Assembly: GCA_043228905.1 (NCBI GenBank)
Contig: JBHGNT010000017.1
Span: forward strand, 11,036,001 to 11,100,000
Direction: 5' to 3'
DNA from: Azolla caroliniana
Taxonomy: Eukaryota; Plantae; Polypodiophyta
DNA: 64,000 nt
This document shows positions 58,184-64,000 of this stretch, one piece after another. The position numbers and the translations under genes are program-made. Within the stretch, counting starts at the first letter, position 1. Every line of letters starts with the position of its first letter. Under the pieces are notes generated by a model. It was not told where the DNA came from. It did not search any database and saw only the letters and a program-made list of their open reading frames with translations.

Positions 58184-59416
58184 AATTGTGTTATCCCCTT
58201 CTTTGGGAGCAACACCTTCGATTGTCCTTTCGGAAATCGGATCAAGGGGTCGTGGTACATGGTGGAAAAATAGAAGGTGCACTAGATTGGCTCTGTAATC
58301 AGTGTCGTGTAACGAAATGATCAACGACACTTAGCCGTACGACACAATCTTAATTCAAGAATGAACTTCTTAGCATGACCGTTGTCGTGAAGATTTTTGG
58401 CAATGGTGTGAAAACCACATAAAACGTACAAAATCGAGTATGAATGACATAAAACAATAATAGTGAAGTATCTAAGTACAAAATGATGGAGGTCTTCAAG
58501 ACCTTTCAAATGCACTTTATTACACGAGAAATGGACAACTAAATGTCAAGATATGAGGGTATAAAGTTTATGAAAGGAAAAGAGAAAACTGTGAGATATC
58601 CCACATAGGCACAACAAATACATGTAGACCAAAAGCTATTATCTTTGTGTCTATGTGTTGAGCATAGAGAGTTCAAGGTAACTTGAACTAAGAGTGGAGG
58701 TGACCTAGCCACTCGTAAAGGTTTTGGCCAACCAAAACGGAACTGAATGGTAACCGACGATCGGTGATCCGGCGGTATTGGCATTTGGCGGATCCGGCGG
58801 AACCAGCCTTATCCGGTGACCAAATTAATAAATAAATATATATCACATATATATACACAAGGAGGGCAAGTGAGCATTCAAAGCTTGCACCTCCTAGTTA
58901 AGAGTCAGCAGGCTTACCACTAAGCCATGGCATTTAGTTGAATTTATATTTCTATCATCGTACTTTTACATGGAAATTCTCATACATTGAGAGCTAAAAT
59001 GAGTGACATGGTTATCATGCACCACATGTAATACATGAGTGCCAGATGGCAAACATGCATTTTATGTATGTCTTGTACCCTCAAATGCATCATATGCATG
59101 AGAGCATCTATAAAAGAAGGGATGAAAAAGAAGAAGGGTTAGGCTTTTTTTTGGTTAGGAAATTAAGAAGAAGAGAATTCGTTATCGAATTGATCGTGTA
59201 ACTTGTTTGTTAAAATCTAAAATCAAGAGTTCAATCTTAATCTCTCTCAATCTAAAGTCAAGCGTTCTATTCTATCTCAAGCTCTCTCTCTCTTTGAATC
59301 TAGCTTAAGTACTTTCTCGCTAAAGCTTGCGCCAACTTCTAGTCCTTCCAGTCTAGAACCCCGGTGGTTCCGCCTCACGTCCGCATGTTGTGACGGATCT
59401 TCACGACATAATAAAC

Positions 59417-59434
59417 TGGTGAACCCGACGTGAA
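59417..59434 (+). promoter_or_regulatory. PBS for tRNA-Trp (TGGTGAACCCGACGTGAA)
   Basis: 18-nt complement of the plant tRNA-Trp 3' end as I recall it; 8 nt after the LTR; second copy at 36271-36288. Confidence 0.88.
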
Positions 59435-59475
59435 AGAGGCGGTAGGAAGGATCAAGCCAAGATTAATACTTGGAG

Positions 59476-61674
59476 ATGGCATCCTCAAGTAATCAAGCGG
59501 GAGAGCTCGAAAGGATGATGCTAATCATCGAGCAAATGATGACATCTCGGGACAACGACGCGAGCGTGGAGAAGGTTGTCAATTGTGTCGTAGAGCTCGA
59601 GGGCCAATTCGATAGAAGGAACGTTACGAAGTTCCTTGACACATATAGAAGGGAGATGAATCAGAGGGACGTGTCCGAAGCACGTCAAATCGCAAGCTTC
59701 AAGAGAGTTGTCGCCAACAACATCCAAAGACGCGTCATCGATCTTCAAGAAGGTAAGACAACATGGTCTGAGCTCGAGAAAACGATACTAGCGGAGTTCG
59801 CGACTGAAGACTCAACGAGGATGACTCGACATGCCCTGATGAAGTGGATAGAGCAAAAGAATAAGAAGATGAGTGCCTCGAGGGTGTACAACGAATTCGA
59901 CCAGATGTTTAGTCATCTCCCCAACACAGACCAAGTGTTGCTTGAAGAGGACAAGACTTTGTACTTCTTGAAGGCCGTGGACATGAAGGATAGACGGGAG
60001 TTGGGAACTCTTCTCGAAGATGATACCCAAACGAATGGGCTTGTGGCGGACTGGGTTGCGGTAAAGCGAGCATGCAATAGGCTCGACAAGCGTCGTTAGT
60101 GGGTTGATGACACCGACTTGGTGGGATCGACTATTGTGGAGAAAACAAGACAACCGAAAGTAGTGGAGCCGCCCAAACAAAGCAGTCCAGAAGAAAAGAA
60201 GATTGATGACGACATCATTGAAGAGCTAGCGAAGAAGTTCGAGAAGGTCACGCTAGCCAACATGAATCGTCGGGGGACCAAAGGAAAAGAAACCTTTAGA
60301 TGTGTGTGGTGCGATAGCATGGACCACATGAGACAGGATTGCGCGAGCCTTCGAGAGACGATCCGACAAAATATCGTGTACATAGATGACAACATGATCT
60401 GCTCGAGCGAGACTAGAAGACCCCTACGGGTGAATTTCGGAAGAGGAGGAATGAAGAAAGCTATGGAGGATGCCGATGTGACTCATGTGGATGTGATGCA
60501 CTATGCTGCGTCGGCCGGAATAAGAGTCAGGAAAGACAGAAATGAAGCTGTGAAAGTGGGAGCCAAGTTTTGGTCTTCCGTTCTCGAGTATGAGAAGATG
60601 GGGAAGGTCACTTTGAACGAAGTAGACCTTGCGGATTGAAGTGTACAAAGTATAACAGGATGGTCGGATCCGGTGGAAGACAACACCATACTCACGGAGG
60701 TGATGTGCGACAACCACGAGGTGTTCGTCGAAGAAAAGAGAAAAAGAATAGAAGAGCAACGACCATCAAAAAGACATGAAACAAGGAACGCAAAAAAGAA
60801 GGACGATGCGGAGATGAGTCAACCTTTACAAACGGAGGAACAAGAATCAAGCCGAAAAGGGGAGCCGAGCATACGAGTTGAAGAAACGGTTCGGCCCGTG
60901 AAGGTTAGTGTCGAAGACCCCGCTCAGAGGACAAGGACTATGCCTACCTATAAGCTAAGGTCGGACATAGAGCAGACAACGGACCTAAAGAAGATTCTAG
61001 AAGAACGAGTTCTTGATAGCCACGTGACTTTGTCCTTGAGGGAATTGCTTGGCATTACGAAGAAGAAGTTCCATGACATGATCATGGACCTTGTAAAGAG
61101 AAAAAGACAACAATTGGATGAGGAAGAAGAGAAGCCACAAAAAGCAAAAATGAATGCCATAACAATGGCAAGAGATGAAGTCGATGAAAATATGGTGGAC
61201 AGCCACTATACTCGACCCCATTGGGCACGAGCGACAACGGAGACGCCAATGAAGATCGGGGAGAAGAAAGAGACCGTGGTAGCTTTGATCGACCATGGCT
61301 CAGAGATCAACCTCATGTCAACCGACTTCTACAAAAAAGGAAGATGGCCAATCAATACAAACCATGGATGGAAGATTCGTGCGGCAACAAAGTCTACGGA
61401 GGACTTGTACGGAGCTTGTCCCAATGTCAAAGTCACGATCGGGGATGTGGAGATGGATCAACACTTCTTCGTACAAGAATCGGCGTCGCATCTTGTCATC
61501 CTAGGGCAACCGTATATCACATCATCTCGGATGGAGACCAAAGTGTTCGATAATGGAGCAGCCTCCACACGAATAAAGAGTCTTGACAACCAAAGATCGG
61601 TCCAATTCCTAACGGTGCGAGCCAATCATGAAAAGAATCAAGATAGTCTCGGAGGCGAATCCTCGGATTTTTAG
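59476..61674 (+). pseudogene. gag: Phygy-like gag-protease with two in-frame stops
   Basis: ORFs 59470-60099, 60118-60639 and 60673-61674 share one frame. Confidence 0.88.
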
Positions 61675-64000
61675 ATAGTCCGAGCAATCACAAGACCCCA
61701 CAAGTAAGAAGAGTGCGTGGATTGCGAGGAGAAGCAACATGTGTCACACCTAGTGGCGCATGTAAACTAGTACTACCCGAGAAGAAGGACAAGCATCGGA
61801 TACAAGAATTCGAGAATATGCTGAAAGAAGAAAACATAATAGAAGAAGGAGAGTTCGTGACTCATATTATGGAAGAAGCCTCATTTAACGACACTATCGG
61901 CGAAATCGAGGACGTCGTGGACTTGAGCTATCTTCACGACCAACGTGTGATTTCAGTTAACTACGTCAACCTGTACGCTATCATCGATGAATACCGTCGT
62001 GGCATCTCGATGAAGGAAGTTGACATCAACACGAAATATAAAACGGTGGATAAGAAGATCAAACCAGTTGCAGTTCCGCTACTGGAAGATAGCTGGCAGA
62101 AGATGAAGGAAGTCGCTAACAATCCAAGCTTAAGAGATCCGAAGACGATAGGTCATGTCTTCACCAAAGAGACGAAGGGGAAGCTACGAGTTGGAAAGGA
62201 GGATTTCCTTCTCCTTGAAGAGGAGCGAATGTTTTGCGATATGCTTGAGAGACATGGGAAGGCTTTCGCATTCTTCCCACGAGAAATCGGATGTGCCGAC
62301 CCAAAGGTTATAGAGCCGATGGTGATCTCATGTGCCTCATGTGCCTTGGAATTTGAAACCGATACTGGTTCCGAGAGCACACCATCCGAAGCTGATCAAG
62401 CTCTTAAAGGAGAAGGTGAGTATGGGAATTCTACAACCGTCGAATGCTCCTTATTCCAATAGGTGGTTCACGGTGCCGAAGAAGAATGGATCATTGCGAT
62501 TCATCCAAGATCTTCAACCCGTCAACAAGGTGAAAATTCGAAATGCCGGAATTGGTCCGAGCGTGGACGAATTTGCCGAAGCGTTTGCGGGCCGGTCCAT
62601 CTACTGCATTGGTGATCTCTACTCCGGATATGACCAATTCCAATTGGCGATCGACAGTCGGGACATTACAACCATGAGGACTCCGATCGGGCTTGTGCGG
62701 ATGTGTACCTTACCCCAAGGCGCAACGAACTCGATGGCTCATATGGTGAATGCCATGAATAAAGTCTTGAAGGATTGCATCCTGGACATCACGATGCCAT
62801 TCTTGGATGATATTCCGATAAAAGGATGTTCGGGTGAGGAGAAAGATGAATTGAAAGATAAGGAAGGTTGTAGAAAGTTCATTGTGGATCATATGAAAGA
62901 TTGTGAGAAGGTGCTTCAAAGGCTCGAAGATGCGAATTTGACATTTTCGGGAGAAAAATCCGCATTCGGGCAACCGGAGACCTTGGTGGTAGGTCACTTA
63001 TGTGGGGCATATGGCTGGAAGCCTTTGCCATACAAAGTGAACATGATCCAAGACATAAAAGAAGAATGCGAAAATCAAACGGAGGTTAGAAGGTTCCTTG
63101 GAGCATGCGCATTTTATCATATCTGGATTCCGCACTACGCTCATGTTGCTGAACCGTTATATGGACTACTAAAGAAAAGAATGAAGTTCGAATGGCGAGA
63201 CAAGCACACAAATGCGATGCGAAGATTGAAGAAATTGGTTCTTGAAGCTCCGGCACTAAGGAAGGCCGACTATGCCGAAGGGAAGCCGATTTACGTGAGC
63301 GTAGATACGAGCCCAACTGGAATCGAGTGGGTCATCAATCAAGAAGAAGAAGATAATGCGCAATATGCCGTCCGGTTCAGAGCAAAGATTCTCAGCGAAC
63401 GGAAACAAAGATATGCCCAAGTCAAGCGGGAACTTTGGGGTATTGTGTCAGAAGTGAAGACGAACAAAGATTACATGATCGGGTCGGAAGTGATAATAGA
63501 GACAGATTGTCTCGCAATTCTCGGAATGGTCTCGGGATGTGCGACCCCAGATCTTGCTATGCTAAGGTGGATCACCTACATCAAGTCTTTAAACCCAGAG
63601 ATCCGTCACATTGCAAGGAAGAAGAACGACATGGCTAACATGCTGTCGAGGGCAAGATTTGAAAATGGGAGCAACATGGTTTCGGAAGATGAAGATGTCG
63701 TCCTCGACTTCTTCAAGATGGCTCGATTATCGGCGAAAGACCAGGACACCCAAACCCTCCATGCCTTCAACGAGAATGAGTACGAAGGAAAGTGGTTACT
63801 GATTGGTAGATTCCTAAGAACATTGACGGTAGATGCTTCGTTGACAAAGGAGGAGGCCCTACAAATCTGGAAGAAAGCTTACCGATACTTCTTAAAGGGA
63901 GGATTCCTTTGGCAACATCCAAAAAGAAGGACAGGAATACCACGTCGAGTGGTGGTGAAGAAAGAAGAGCAAGATATGCTGATGACCGACTTCAACGAGA
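61665..64000 (+). pseudogene. pol: Phygy-like pol (linker, RT, RNase H, start of integrase region)
   Basis: TKYKTVDKKIKPVA, HGKAFAF..EIGC, RT and RNase H motifs; frameshifts near 62330 and 63480. Confidence 0.88.

Larger units (their letters stand above)
37091..58382 (-). mobile_element. Element C: old fragmented member of the A/B/D group, host of D, a chromovirus-type element and two solo LTRs
   Basis: Accessory ORF 37179-38519 (YFGEYSLSTKAHRT, VVDWG); spacer 38520-38684, 48552-48582 and 53831-54335; INT/RH remnants 54340-56590; gag remnants 56590-57237 and 58043-58170; PBS 58171-58183; 5' LTR from 58189. Colinear once insertions are removed; 3' end missing. Confidence 0.75.
58383..64000 (+). 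mobile_element. Phygy-like gypsy element (5' LTR 58383-59408, Trp PBS, gag-PR, RT-RH), runs off window
   Basis: 12-bp terminal inverted repeat TGTCGTGAAGAT/ATCTTCACGACA; TATA CTATAAAAG ~59108; gag from 59476, CVWCDSMDHMRQDC, ALIDHGSEINLM, FIQDLQPVN, DLYSGYDQ, PFLDDIPIKG, VSVDTSPTG, IETDC; stops and frameshifts. Confidence 0.93.

Overview
Eukaryotic, gene-free, deeply nested transposon array. The element lineages suggest a non-seed land plant (inference). Contents: (1) an old Ty1/copia element (+) inserted into an intron-containing DDE transposase pseudogene and itself split by a young, intact Tnt1/Tork-like copia (2287-7621, -); (2) four related Athila/Tat-superclade-like Ty3/gypsy elements on the - strand (A 15037-25115, B 25295-32208, C ~37091-58382 fragmented, D 38685-48546), each with a large accessory ORF after gag-pol; (3) two degenerate chromovirus-type gypsy elements; (4) three pieces of a 'Phygy-like' gypsy family, two with a visible tRNA-Trp PBS; (5) solo LTRs and tandem repeats. 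Main discovery: A, B and D have no polypurine tract. Exactly 2 nt before the 3' LTR they carry a second, inverted tRNA-Arg primer-binding module: 17 nt matching the tRNA 3' end, a variable 13-14 nt hairpin placed at tRNA position 58/59, then a T-arm match. Their normal 5' PBS has the same architecture. This suggests a dual-tRNA-primed (PPT-less) LTR retrotransposon. Secondary signals: antisense tRNA-like A/B-box modules in five LTR U3 regions, a conserved unexplained accessory protein, a Tf1-like self-priming signature, and a candidate -1 frameshift between protease and RT. tRNA identities and lineage names are from memory and need database confirmation.
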